DNA from: Epiperipatus broadwayi
Taxonomy: Eukaryota; Animalia; Onychophora
NCBI GenBank assembly: GCA_028023455.1
Contig: JAQFVV010000003.1
Span: 27,714,001-27,778,000, forward strand
Direction of reading: 5' to 3'
Length of the DNA stretch: 64,000 bases
In this document: positions 1 to 13,677 of the stretch, in pieces
Layout of the letters: each line of letters opens with the position of its first letter
Numbering within the stretch: position 1 is the stretch's first letter
Made by a program: the position numbers and the translations under genes
Notes under the pieces: generated by a model
Databases searched by the model: none
Told to the model about the DNA's origin: nothing
What the model saw: the letters and a program-made list of their open reading frames with translations, nothing else

Positions 1-919
1 TTAAATAACGAATCCAACCAAGATTGTGAGGCACCTTGTAGATGACTGCACACAATGGTGATCATGACCCCGTCACGCAGCTGGTTTACCATGAAAACCT
101 CTCTAGGCTGCCAAGATGCTCTCTTGGGCTTTCCCCAACGTAACCAGAGAAGACCCGAATTTTTAAAAACTGGTTCACTGTAGCAGGATTCATAGGATTA
201 CTTCCACTGCCTGCGTACATGTATTCACTCACGCCTCTCTGTTCTTTATTATTAGTCTTGGGTACTTCTGTCTTATTCTCCCTTTCCCCTATCTTTACTT
301 CTATCTTCTCAACTGTTCCTGCTAACTGATTGATGCCTATCCTCATATTCTCTATGATTTTCTCATTTTCATCCGCTATAGTCTCTAATTTCTCATCTTG
401 TTCCATTTTCAAATTTTCTATTTCTTGACCTAACATTTCCAGCTTATCCTTCACATACTCCATCTCATCATTTACTTTCAACACAATGTCGTGGTTTACT
501 TTAACCCACTCTCCCATAAGGCGCTGCTCTATTTTCCCCTGTAGTTCCTCCTGGTGATTCAACCTCACCTTCACCTGGTATGAGGTCTGTTCACATTTTT
601 CATTTACTTCTTCAACTTTTTGGCTAAAATTCTTACTTAGTCATTCGTCCAACTCTTCTATCCTCCTACTATTTTTCTCATCCCTTTCCCTCACTTCCAT
701 AACCAACCGTTGCTGGCCTTCCATTATTTTCGTGAACATATCCATTATATTATAGCTTTCTATTTTATTTTTATCATCAACCATTGTCTCCATTCCCTTT
801 CTAATTTCTATATCTCCTTCACTAGCTATTTCTCCGGACAGTTCCATTTGTTCTTTAGAGGTTTTTTCTATTTCGCCCACTAGAGCGTCCATTTTTGTTT
901 TTGATCTCGTGTGCATCAA
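1..919 (-). pseudogene. Disrupted gag: coiled-coil N-terminus plus retrotransposon capsid-like domain
   Basis: ORFs 641-919 and 86-574 (…FLKIRVFSGYVGESPREHLGSLERF). After a frameshift it continues MVNQLRDGVMITIVCSHLQGASQSWLDSLF, which aligns by eye with the gag-like ORFs at 23274 and 43767. Confidence 0.8.
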
Positions 920-928
920 GTCTGTCTA

Positions 929-944
929 ACACACACACACACAC
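929..944. repeat. (AC)8 microsatellite just upstream of the gag start on the minus strand
   Basis: acacacacacacacac read directly. Confidence 0.95.
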
Positions 945-3436
945 TAATCACATATTTTATTCTACGGCTTTATTATTCTAACTCTCTCCTTATAGGATTA
1001 TCTTACTTTACTGACTTTATATTTCACTGACACTAGGTACGTTTGTTCGACTCTCCCCGTCCCACTCACTAATCATCACTCACCCACGCCTGCCTTCAAG
1101 ACCCCTCCACAACTGTCTCCAATTTACAACCTAACTTCCCAAATTATATCACGTTCTCTTTCTCTCCTTTTACCCTCTATTATTTTATTTTATTTCTTGC
1201 TTTTGTCTACCACCAAGCTATTTTTTGATTTGTTTATTAATTATTGCATACACTATTAATTTTGTTATACTTGAATTCAAATGGGCTGAACTTGTAAACG
1301 TGAAAATATCCCGACTGCCCCCAATTTACAATGTTATTGTTTGTTTATTTTTTTTATTTCTATTATTTTATTTTATTATATTTATTTTTTTTTCCCTCCC
1401 ACTCCCCCAATTTAACAAATGTTATTTGGAGGTTGATTTATATATTTATCTTTCAATTATATTTTATCTTATATTATACTTTTTTTTTTCTATTTTAATT
1501 TATTTCTTTATTTTTTCCCTTTATTTTTCAACTCCCCCAATTATAACAAATGGTTATTTGGGTTGTTGATTTATATATTTATTTCATTATATTTATACTT
1601 ATTTATTATACTTTATTTTTTCACAACTTTGATTCTTCCTTTCATTTATTTATTCTTATTTGTTTACTATCAGTTTTGCTAACCGAAATATCCCAGCTTA
1701 GCCTCCAACTGTAATGGATATCATTTATTTATTTATTTATTTAACCAACACCATTACAATGCAAGCAGAGAACTAATACAGATACAAATTTAACTTTATA
1801 TCTATACCTTTGACCGAACCCTGAGGCAATACGTACATATTATCTTGGCGTTATTTTTTCCGATCAAGAACCCTCAGCTGCTGAACAAAGCAAACTATTT
1901 CAAGAAATTTAACAAATGTCCAGCATTTGCTATTTATTTTTTATAATTGGGAAATTCTCACAAACAAGCAGCACACGAATATCTTTTAAAATAAGCCTTA
2001 CCCTTTAATCACTAAATTACAGTTTCCCCCCTGTCGTAGCTTGGTGATAGGAGAATAAAGCAAGTATACACAATTTACGAATAAATATGTTTAATAACAC
2101 TCACTGTTATATAAAAAAAATACATGATAACAATAATAAAAAAAACACACACACTTATATAAATACGTGGCTATAATAAAACATAATAAAACAGATCAAA
2201 TATAAAAGTTATTTTGAAGTCCTATTGGGTAGAGTTCTAAATTTATCAAAATTGTTCCTTGTTTATTTATTTACGAACATTAAAAATTAAAATGCATGCA
2301 TGCTTTTACCTAGGTTTTCGTTGTAGTTGTTTCCATGGGTATTTCTTTCGAGCGCTCTTTACCGTCCAGTGGGAGATCATCCCTTTTTTTTGTAGAGACG
2401 GTATGTCCTTCACTGTCGGCTGGATTGATTTTCTCTCTCAGTTTGTGGGGTTATTTCTCGTTCCAGTTTTTTACTTCTTGTTGATTCTTTAGGTAGATTT
2501 TTAAGTTGTCAGTCACAGAAGCGGCAGTCTCTCTAGCAGGTCATGCATAGATCTTACATTGTGAGTCCGTGGTGAGATGGATTGAATACGAACCCACGTC
2601 CCTTTAACGCCACTAGCTGCGCACTTCTTTCATTTTCTTTGAGCTGTTGCTTCCTCAAAATTTCTACTAGTAATGAACAGATAATAATTGTAATTCTTTT
2701 ACTGTCTTTTTTTTGTTCATTGTTTTTGTAAATTTTTAATTAAGATTTAGATTTCCAACCAATTCTTATCATCATGTTTCTTAATTTAATTAGTGTCTGG
2801 AATGTAGGTTTTAATTAATTTAGCTGTAATTATAAGCTTTTCCTTGTTATACATTTTCTTTGTCCGAGGAATTTAATTAGTCCAACAGACTTTCACACCT
2901 ATGGCCATATTGTTTTTATATTACATATTACATTTAATTTTTATTTAAAAGTTTACAATTCATTTTTCACATTTATGTTTATAATTCATTTTAACTTGTT
3001 ACAATATAGTTTTTAACAAGAGAGGAAAAGACGCATTTCTTTATGCATCCCCTTTCCCTTTCCCACAATAAATAGAAATAACTTTCAAGCATTTGACTTA
3101 CTCGTTTTTTTTTAAAAAGAGAGAAAGAGACGCATTTCTTTATGCACCCCCTCCCCTTCTCTTACTATTACAAAAATCCAAAGTAATTTCAACATTTGAA
3201 TTTCAACTTTTTTTTTCTTTTCCTTCTTTTTTTTAATTTTAGTAGCTAATCTATTTACCTTTATTACTTCTAGTAGCTAATAATCTAATTTTTATTAATA
3301 AATATATACATGTGACGACGACTTTACGTGGTCATCACAATACATAAATGCAGGCTCTTATATAAAATATGCTAGTCATTTGACGATTGACTAAATCTCT
3401 ATTGTTACAATTATAATAACATCTGTAAATAAATAA

Positions 3437-3550
3437 ATACTATCATAACCATCCATCAGCTATATAGATTAATAGAGGATATGTATGTTATTAATGTATT
3501 GTGTGTGAGGTTGGTCTGACTTCTAGACTGATGGATGCTTGTGATAGTAT
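3437..3550. repeat. Short inverted repeat (MITE-like), 23-bp arms
   Basis: atactatcataaccatccatcag (3437-3459) vs ctgatggatgcttgtgatagtat (3528-3550); 21/23 complementary. Confidence 0.6.
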
Positions 3551-4599
3551 TGAGCAAAACCACTTACAAACATTATTTAACTCAGTGGAAGCTTCAATTA
3601 TTTTCTGTTCAGTTAATTATAGTAATAATAAAAATCGTTTTTACTTCTAAATATATATTTAATTATCATCTAATTTAAGTTCATCGTAAGAAAGCAGGAG
3701 GTTTTGTCACTGGATGTGTAATACTTCTCGGAGTTAGATTAATTATTTCATAGATTTTTAAAATTGTTTGATCAAATCACTCATATATATATGATTATTG
3801 ATTTGACATGTGCCGAGAAATGGTTTTATATTTAATATCTATTTGAAATATTCTGTTATCTGATGCATTTTAAAACTGTTGACCAGATTTCAGTATTTTT
3901 TTCAGGCTGTCATTTTAATATATATATATATAGTTAGAGCAGATATTTTCTGCCATAAGATAAAGTTATATACCTAATGCAATTGCTCCTTTGAATATTT
4001 AGGGTGGATCTTAGAATACAATGATTACTTTATATTATAATTCTCAGTTTTTGTGAAAGTCATAATCATGTACTCTCTCTCATCTCTTTTACAACCTTAT
4101 ATATTTTTCTTTTTTTATATTGAAATCCAATTCCCTCACCTGATAAAAAATCATTCTTAACATTCAAATAATCCAGGCTATAGAATATTTCTAAATCATT
4201 GATGAGTATATGTTTATGTTTATTATGAGAGTGAAGTTAACCATACTATATGAGTAATTTAAAGTTCACTAATAATAATATGTAAAATTTATTTTGCTTA
4301 CCATTCTTAGGCAGCAGTCAGTTTATCCATTTAAGAATAAATTATCTTGCATGAGAGTAATGTACTACATTTATGTTTATTGTCTAACTCATTTGTTGTT
4401 TACAAAATATTTTCTCCAAATTTAAACTTAATGTAAAATAAAAAATCCATGTTAATATAATTAAAAGTTAAATACAGTACTATCTAACACTAAACTAGTA
4501 ATTAAAATTAAAATAGAAATTCATATAACACTACAATACTAAACAAAATAAAATTTTACTAAAATTATTACACAACCATAATTTCATCTATTAACAAAT

Positions 4600-6000
4600 A
4601 GACTTTCTCAAATGAAATTCAACTAAATATACAACATATATTTACAAAACAAAATAGTCTTCCCATCATTCACATCAACAAACAATTTCCTTTAACATCA
4701 AAGGATATCTTCATGAGATTAATGGCCTCAGATTCAAGAAATGTTATTATTAGAATTTCTTTTACTCTTCTTTTCAATTCACTTTTTTCATAAAAAATAA
4801 CTTTTGCATTGTCAAATAATATTTTATGATCTGTATTCAGTTCATGAATATACAAAGCTGGGTTTTGATATCTACTTTTAATTCTACTCTTGTGAACTTT
4901 AACTCTTTCATTAAGACTTAATTTATTCTGACTTATGTAAATTTTATGACAACTATAAATTTGCAATCAATTGATTGTTTTAAACTATTTAATAATGAAT
5001 TTAAATTCAGTTTTTTTCTTGTGGGTCATTTTCATACTACCCAATAAAAAACTATTCTTATAAATCAATTTATAATTGATGTCTTATAAAGCAAAGAAAT
5101 AAACTCTTTATTCACATTATCAATTAAATCTTTATTATTAATCGATGTATAGATATTTTTTATTCCTAATAAATTCATGATTATATCATAACTCAATATA
5201 GTCAGAAGAAAATTGATTCCTCTGAATATAACTATTATTTTCAAAATTATTATGTCTTCTATTCACATAACAAAAATTCAATAATAAAAAAATTCATATA
5301 AGTAAAAGATTGATATCTGGCTGGCCTTATCATATTTCTTAAATTTTTTGCTTTAATAAAATGACTACAAAATAAAACATTATCAACTCTATCAACACTT
5401 AAATTTAAAAATTTTAACATCAAATTCAAATGTACCATCCTCAATAGTAAATTTAATATTAGAATCAAAAGCATTCAATCTATCAAAAAAATCCTTCAAA
5501 ATTTATCTTCCTGTATAACAAAAAAATAATCATCAACATATCTAACAAATAATTTTAAAGAACCAGAAAAATGATTAATGACACTATTCTCTAAAAAATC
5601 AATATAGCCAGGGCACATTAAATGAGAAATAACACAACCAATAACCCAGCTCTCTTTAATTTTATAAAATACACCATTATGCACCAAATTCTTAGAGTTC
5701 TCTAATAACAGTAGCAAATCATGAATAACCTTAATCTTATTTACAGAAATACTTACTGTTTTAAAGAAACTTGAATATTTATTGATTAGAATTAAACACA
5801 ATTTATTAGCAAATATTGCTTTAACAGATTTTTAGTTAAAGAAAAATAAAATTCATTATCAATATTTATTTGAAGAATTTTGTTTCAGTATTTTGGAAAA
5901 ACTGCTTTATATCTTTAATTTCTACTTAAAATAAACTATTATTAACAATCCATAATTTAATAATGCATAAAATTTAAAATAAATAAATTTCTCAGAATTT
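4600..6000 (-). mobile_element. Decayed Penelope-like element (RT + GIY-YIG endonuclease)
   Basis: ORF 5496-5801 has …NGVFYKIKESWVIG…LKLFVRYVDDYFFV (PLE-type RT core). ORF 4670-4966 has LNERVKVHKS…ALYIHELNTDHKILFDNAKVIFYEKSELKRRVKEILII (GIY-YIG C-terminal half). Boundaries are approximate. Confidence 0.85.
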
Positions 6001-6705
6001 TCCTATAGGTATACGATAATAATCTTACTGCATTCTTAAATACATATATTCCATTACGATATCTCTTGTATAAATAACTACTTTGATACAAATTAATATG
6101 TAATTTTTTTATAAGGCTAGCAAATTAACTCTCTCAGTTCTAAATTAAATATAATGTTTAATTAATTAATTCTCAAGATTGTTAATTAAATCAATCTTGA
6201 TCATTCATTTAAAAGATGTATAAATATAATGTTTATTAAGTTATTCTAGGTATGATGAATGAAAAATGGAATTTTATTGTACATCAACATACCTTACTAA
6301 TTTATATTTTAGATAACATAATAATAATAAATGGTGTATAAAATTTAAATAAATGAATATGTAATTTAACAGCTTGGAAATATGATTTTTTATTTCACAA
6401 TATACAAAGACTGATGATTTCAATAATGAAAAATAGATGTATTTAAATATAATAATTGTTTTATTATAAATAATAAGGATATAAACAAAATAGCAAAATT
6501 TTAAGTGAATAATAAAAATAACTAAGCAATAAAATTTTATAACAATTTTAATAAATATTATTGTTTGTTCTTCGTGAATAAGTTGTGATTATGTGTGTAA
6601 ATCTAAATTGTTGCAAAGACATGGCACTAAAATTGGAGATGGTTGAACAATATTAAATCAAATCCTAATTTTACATCTAGGAGAATAATGATGTTTATAA
6701 TGTTC

Positions 6706-7449
6706 TGTTATATCTGCACTTACAACTGTGCCAATGTTATATCTGCAAGTCATACTGTGCGGTCAGCCAATAACGTTATACAATTCCCACGCTGTTCATT
6801 TCCAACGAGTGCTTTCCAACGAATCGGTCTGCAATGAAGCTCTCCAACGAATTGATCTGAATGAATGCTCTCCAACGAATTGGTCTGCAATGAAGCTCTC
6901 CAATGAATTGGTCATCTCTCCACTGAATTGGTCTGCAACGAATGCTCTCCAACGAATTGATCTGCCATGAAGCTCTCCAAACGAATTGGTCTGCAACGAA
7001 GCTCTCCAACGAATTGGTCTGCAACGAAGCTCTCCAACGAATGCTCTCAATTTCTCCGCTGCAGTCTCTTTCAGCTACACCCGTGAACTACATTTCCACT
7101 GGGCGCTGATCATTAACCACCAGCACTGACGCGAGATATCTCTATTTAAATACTGCTTACTCAGTACTGCATGACTGCTCTCTATGTTACACTGCTAGAT
7201 GTTACCCAGTCTTCTTATCACTCTCTGACAATTGCAACGATTAATCAATGCACTGACCAATAAGGTAATGTCTCTTATCTAGAAACATTTGCAATTAGCA
7301 AATATTTCTAGGAATTGTCGATCGCTATTACGTCAATGCACTAATTAAATTCCTCGGCTATCAGAGCGCGATCTAAAAACAGCCTTACGAATAAATTCTA
7401 GTTTTTTCTGGAGTGCACAAACATGTCTGCCATTTTACAAAACACTACA
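6706..7449 (+). mobile_element. Solo LTR, family C (BEL/Pao- or Gypsy-type)
   Basis: TGT…ACA termini; 5-bp TSD TGTTC at 6701-6705 and 7450-7454; homologous to 46560-47459. Orientation is assumed. Confidence 0.85.
6795..7048. repeat. ~28-bp tandem repeat (about 9 units, ctccaacgaattggtctgcaacgaagct) inside LTR C
   Basis: Read directly; each unit is two related 14-mers sharing CAACGAA. It explains the spurious overlapping ORFs at 6728-7050. Confidence 0.92.
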
Positions 7450-10400
7450 TGTTCTTTAATATCTTGGTAACAGTAATTAATAGATTATCAACCTCATTCT
7501 ATAAAACTGGCTAGTTCTTTCACTCTTTTGGAGTAAGTAAAATTATTTACCTAGCACTCCTAAATGATATACAAACTACATAGCTTTATTTATTATACAT
7601 TCATATTTTTTACTAAGATGATTTGCTATGCTTTTTACATTATTGAAAATTTAAATAATTAGTTACGAGTATACTTCTCCTATCAAATACAATTTATCTA
7701 TAACAAATAGAATTTATTCTATTTATACTATCAGATTGGCTTATTGCATAGCGTAGCATTTCAAAATTATACAAATATCATAGGTGCTATACAAATAAAT
7801 ATTCCTTATTGATTAATCATCTATCCAAGAATGATTAGCTATCTAAGAATTGGAGACTGAGTTTAAGGACTAATATAACATAAAGTACATTAAACATAAA
7901 TGGGTTTACATAAGTTTATAAGTTAGTTTAACTAAATGTAACCTGACTCAAATATAAAATGTAAATTACATATATTACACTCATACCCAATATCATTAAT
8001 ATAATAAGGCATCATCTTGGAAACATTATTATTTATTTACTATTACACTAATAATAATTATAAACTAAATAATTCAACTATTATAAACAAAGTTTATTTA
8101 AGTAATTCCTCAAATTGTAATCCTACTTTTATGAACAGTTGAAAATTATCCTGTGGAAACATTTATACTGTGCAGAGTATTCCAACATTTGTAACTTACT
8201 GGAAATGCTGTAATATAAGCAGTAGATATTAAATTAGAAACACAAGGTAATTCCTTTCATAGGTTTATGATTTTTTTAAAAATTTAATAAGCACATAAAG
8301 CAATCCTATTCTGGATTGTATAGTTAGCACATTTAATCTATTTTAGAATATCTGTTGATTGATTTATGACATTCATCAAATTTTCATTTTGTGATATTTA
8401 TAATCTAAAATCTATTAATTAAAGGATTGACATTGAATTGTAATTTTCTGCAATGAGATTGATTTAATCTTTTAGAACATGCTTGTGAACTTATATTTTT
8501 ATGGTTGGCATTTATCATATATTTTAAAAGTATTTGATTACTAATCCTTTGGTTTAAACACATTTCATTTATTTTGCTATAGAGTTCAGGCTCTTTTAAT
8601 AATTTATAAAACCTAGTAAATAAATAATAATCTATAGATGAATTAATTTCATTGATTTTTATTAGTAATTAAACATTTTCTCTGAAGCTACAAATTTATT
8701 TGTGGATTTAGATTTATTTTATAAAGTTTAACTTCCATTAATCCATGGCGGGGTAATCCATACTTTCTAAACAAGTTGTTTCACAATTATTTTGAAAAAA
8801 GAAACAAATGCTTTAATTGATGTTATAATAAGCAATTTTTCATAATTCTATTAATAGTTGAAGACCATAAATATAAATTGGATTTTTTTAAAAATAGTAT
8901 TTAATGATAATCCTTGTTGTTGCTGCTGTTGTTTGTTCTTATTTATTCAAGATTTTACTGGCTAGGCAAATGCCCAGAATGAGTTTGTCTACTCAGCCAT
9001 TCTGAAGATGATATAAAAATAACTGTTTTAAAATTTAATTTGACTGGATCTTGAATGCAAGATAGTTTTACAAAAACTGACTGAATTTTCCCAAGATGTT
9101 ATATTTATAGTCTCTGGTCAGCTGGTATCTTAATTAGTCACTATTACCCATAAATCTTTTCTTCTTTTAGGTTTTTTCAGTAAAAATGTGTTCATTGCTA
9201 TGGTAATACAGAAAAGTAGATGATCAAAATTGTCTGGCTTTATTCTAAATGGTAAAATTTTCAGATATTGGATAAAATGAAAGAAAGAAAATAATAGCAA
9301 ATATCTAATATTGTACCTTGATTTAAATTTTTTTAAAAAAAAAATTCTACAATCATTTACTTTTAAGCACTAAATAATTTATAAGGTCTATTTAAAGTTT
9401 TCAAATATTTATTTTATTAAATTCATTTAATAAATACCTTTTAATTGAATGATCTTTATAAATTTTAAAATTGACAAAGTTTTAAAATATACAGAAATTT
9501 CACATGCATACTCATATTTTAATCTGACTATTAGCTCTATTATTTTAGATAAATGTAATTTCAATTGTGATAATCATAATATAGTTATTGTAAAACTGTT
9601 TCTAATATTCTATTCTATTATGTTTGATTTAGTGCATTCTATTTTGTATATCTTTTTACAATATCAATTTTGTGTGTGCTTTTTTCTATTTGTACATAAA
9701 AATTCAATTGCACTTTTCAAAAAAAAATTATAATACACACATTTTTTATACATGCTTTGATCAATAAAATCTGCTCAGATGACATCTTTAAATATTTTCT
9801 AAAAATTATATTCTTTTAGGTAGTAATATGAGAGAATTTTCACTTTTATTTTTAATCATATTATCTGCTATCCGACCAATAATAGTAGTGAATTTACTTT
9901 GTTCAACTAATAAACAAAGCCAATAAAAATGTTTACAGTTTTTGACAATATTAATTAATTGTGATAGTAAATACAAGGTTACAATATATTATGCCACTAC
10001 AAATTGACATACTGTTTGCAATTTTACTAAGATTACTAAAATTACGATGACTAGTATGAAAGTGCCACTAGGCCTGTATTCTAGCACTAAATCGAGAAGC
10101 AACTTCAACAATCATAGTGATAATTTATTTATGTAGCGGTCACCTAATAGATTTTAAAATGTAATCTTATGTGGACTAGGTGAATTATACTTTGATGAAA
10201 CCAAATGGACACATAATTATTAAACTAATAAAATAGATTAAAACATAGAGGCACTTGAGTAAAGTTTAGACATTTATTATATTTTCTCTTATTAATAGCT
10301 TTCCTAATTCCCTTTTTTTCTTTTGGGCCCTCCAACTAACTCAATTAGAAATTTAAGAAGAAAGTCAAATAAAAATATTATTTCCATTTGTTTTCATTTT

Positions 10401-11789
10401 AATTATGATCCTTAATTAATTGTTTAATATCTTTCTTGAGAGAACATGCATTACACAAACACTACGAGGGACAGTAATCCAAATTTATTCAGGTTGTCTG
10501 TCCATATAGGTGTGACTGAAGGTCAACTTGCTATTGAGAATGGGATTATCTTGCTTCATTCAAACCCTCTCCATTTTATAAATAATAATTCTATTCAAAC
10601 CTTAAGGGATGGTGCAATTGTCCGCTGTTTGCAACCTTCAAGTATCCCTGTTTCAAACATCAGATCCTGACATAATGTTCCTGTGTTTACTTATTGTCAA
10701 AATTCTTAACTTTTTTACCTCCCTTTACTCTCCCTGTTTGAGTTTCTAGATTGAGCAGTTAACATTATTCTTGAACTTAAATCTACGCATATTTTGGACA
10801 TAATAAATGAAAGAAAATTATACAAAAAAAACAATTTTGATTAATAAAACGTTAGTAACATAAAAGCCTAGCCCCCTTTTTACTTAATACAAAATGATAT
10901 AAAAATAATAATCCCTCTTAAAACCCACCTCTACTGTTGAAACTTTTTGTACAATTAAGTTAATGGAGCCTACTAACTATTACGCCAATCAAAAGAAAAG
11001 TTCTTTAATAAAAGTTCATAATTATCCTGGTCAATCAGTGATTCACCTTTCTCCATGTGGTCAATGTTCTTATATGATTTTTCTTGCAACTGCTAGCGTG
11101 AATTCTCTGTTTGTTCCATTGGCTTTTTGATATCCTCAACTAGCTTGATAAATCCATCTTTTCCTTAGTGGATGATTGCTTGGATAGCTCCATGTTTCGC
11201 TCTGAGACTATTTCCCTGATGGAAAAGTTCTGATGTCCCTTAGCTGGAGAACATTTCCTTGGCACTGTATAATATTATAATTCCAATCTCCAAAGTGATT
11301 TCAATGTACAAGTATAAGTCAGTAAGCAAAAGGAAACTGTAATTTATGTTTTTTTCTTTCATGAACAGGATTCACACCTAGCATTTTATTTTTAAACACA
11401 TTTTTACACTTGTAATTTTTGTTCTTTTTTGGTCATTTCCCTTTTTTAATTAGTGGGAAAAGTTCTGATTCAATTAGCATAGTAGATTGACTCCAGAAAT
11501 ATATTTAATTACAAAATATTTTTAGTTACTTGAGTTTCAACAATAGAGTTAATTGGGTGCTAAAATCTATACTTTTTTTCTTCCCCAACCCATGTCTTTC
11601 TATGAATTACAATTTAAAACAAACAAAAAAAAAATTTGTTAGTAAAAAAAGATATCTCAAGATCTAATTTTATCTTGATTTATAATGGATTTAAATAAAT
11701 AATTAAAATGAAGAAACTCTGATTTCTTTAAGATAAATAAAAAATAAATGGTAATAGTATGAATACTGAACCTCACCCAATGCACATCA

Positions 11790-12700
11790 CTATACTGATT
11801 CCATCTGTTTGTTTACATAATATTATGGCAAAAGATTTTTTTTTTTTTTTGACTGTTTTTTAATTTTTTTTTTGTTGTTGGCCCGTCTGTTTGGTTTACA
11901 TAATATTATGGTAAACCAAATTTTTTTTTCTATTCCACCAGGGTTTTTTTTTTTCGTTTTTTAATAAACAAATACTTTGTTTTTAGATGGTCTAGGAGTG
12001 TTGGTTTGTTTTTAAATTATCAATTAACTGTCCGTCAGTTTCTTTACATAATATTACTTACGGTAAACCAAAGTTGTTTTTTTTCACCCGGTATTTTTTT
12101 TTTTTTTTTGGTTCGTTTTTTTTAAAGAAACAAACACTTTGTTTTTAGATGGTGTTAGAGGTTTTAGTTTGCTTTGAAATTATAAATTAATGCCCCATCA
12201 GTTTGTTTACACAAAAATACGGTAACAAACACTTGTTGTTTTTAGATGGTGGAGGGGGGGATTGGTTGCTTGCTTTGAACTTATCTTCTTTTATTTGGTT
12301 GATGTTTTGATTTGCTGAAAGACTTCAACAATTTGGTACTTTTGAATAAACCAACACTTGGTTTTTTAGAGGGTAGAAGGGAGAGGGGTTATTTTGATTT
12401 TGAATTGTCTTTTTTTTGTTAATTTATTACGAGGCTTTTCTATTTTTTTGTTTTACATCTTTATGCTACAGAAAGCTATATTATATGATAGTGAAAAGTT
12501 CTTCCTTAATTTTTGGGCTTTTAATTTTAAAAAAGACATAAACAGTTCATTTCTAAAGAACTTTTTTTTTTAAGCCGGAGAAGTGGGATGGGTTGGCGGG
12601 GAAGGTTTGTTTTGATTTTTGATTATCGACTTCTTTTTGGATTTTTTTTTTAACATTTTATTATGTTACCACACAGTTCTTTATTATTATTTTATACATA
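11790..12700. repeat. Degenerate T-rich tandem or subterminal repeats
   Basis: Recurring motifs ccrtcwgtttgtttacataatatta…ggtaaac (about 11802, 11882, 12030, 12194) and ttgtttttagatggt. Confidence 0.6.
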
Positions 12701-12899
12701 TATTTTTTTAGTTGGGACCTTTTGAATAAACTCTTAAACACTTTTATTTTTATTTTGGTATAATAAAATATTACCTACTTTTTTTATTTATTAACATTAC
12801 CTACTTTAATTAACTGTTAATGAAACTTATCAAATATTACCTACCTACTTTCTAATTATGTGAACAACAACAAAAAACAACAGTTTCTCATAAAATAAT

Positions 12900-13450
12900 T
12901 TATTGAATCAAAAATAAATGAAACTTTGGACAAGTTGTGAACCAAAACAAGTAACAAAAAAAAACACCATTTTCAGGGGCATAAAAAAACCCAAAAGTAA
13001 CACGCAAATAAAATAACAGAGAAGCCTCAAGGCTGTAAGTAGTGAGATTTTGGAGCCCTTGAACCAACTTCCCTTACAGTTCTCGCATGGATTCATGCAT
13101 AAACGGGCATTTGGTGTGAAATCAGAAACAGCTCTGCTGAAAAGAAGAACCTTTTCAAGTTGTGTGCAGTTCAAAAGCATAGGGAAGCATGTGTGACAAC
13201 ATGACAATTCTTATTATGGAATACTAATTCCACTATGCTTTCTAAAAAATTTCAGACAATGAATTTTTGCAGAGTTTTGTCTCTTTCAAATATGGCCACC
13301 ATTAAATCAGACCATAGCGAGAGTTCAAGAGTGCTCACTTGACGAATACTCTCACAATGCAATAGGCATAGTATTTCATTACATAATCATAGAAATACAT
13401 CACCCTCTGGCAGCCTGTTACAGCTCAATAAACACCTATTGTAGTGTCAG
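12900..13450 (-). mobile_element. Decayed Merlin/IS1595(ISXO2)-like transposase, N-terminal part
   Basis: …CKGSWFKGSKISLLTALRLLCYF matches IRKDTWFEGSKISFITALCFIY of the better-preserved copy at 39968-40396. Confidence 0.6.
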
Positions 13451-13677
13451 CCATAAATTAAGGCTGTTAAAATGGTATATTGAAGTGCGTTTTGTGAAAA
13501 ATGACACCATCAAGCAGTGGGGTTCAGTATTCATACTACTACCAAATAAACTACTTAAAGTATTTCAAAAATTATTATTTTAAAATAATCTAATAAGTAT
13601 GCACTTTTAATAAAATAAAATATATATGTATATAGATATGAGAGGGCAGAAAATACCATCTTAATATATATATATAT

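Larger units (their letters stand above)
1..3339 (-). mobile_element. LTR retrotransposon (Gypsy-like, family A): 5' LTR, leader and start of gag; runs off the window start
   Basis: Minus strand begins TGTGATGACC at 3339. About 1542-3339 is an inverted homologue of the solo LTR at 13678-15480. It is followed by tRNA-Pro-like PBS motifs and a gag-like ORF at 919 and below. Confidence 0.85.

Noticed and set aside
1225-1569. Hydrophobic 'membrane protein' ORFs (this one and many others rich in F/I/L)
   Set aside because: They arise from T-rich low-complexity or antisense TE sequence, often with non-ATG starts and no homology cues.
3528-3575. Hammerhead-like ctgatgg…gagcaaaac
   Set aside because: Both core segments are mutated and there are no stems I or III.
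6643-7050. Five overlapping ORFs (also 46550-46821)
   Set aside because: Stop-poor minisatellite inside a solo LTR.
8740-8775. NPWRGNPYFLNK as the missing MBD4 DPWKLLIATIFLNR exon
   Set aside because: Wrong spacing between PW and FLN, no upstream similarity and no suitable phase-1 donor.
10446-11280. Possible exons of a second, antisense host gene
   Set aside because: Multiple stops and frameshifts; fragments such as GILEGCKQR resemble a decayed RTE-type LINE 3' end, but too weakly to annotate.
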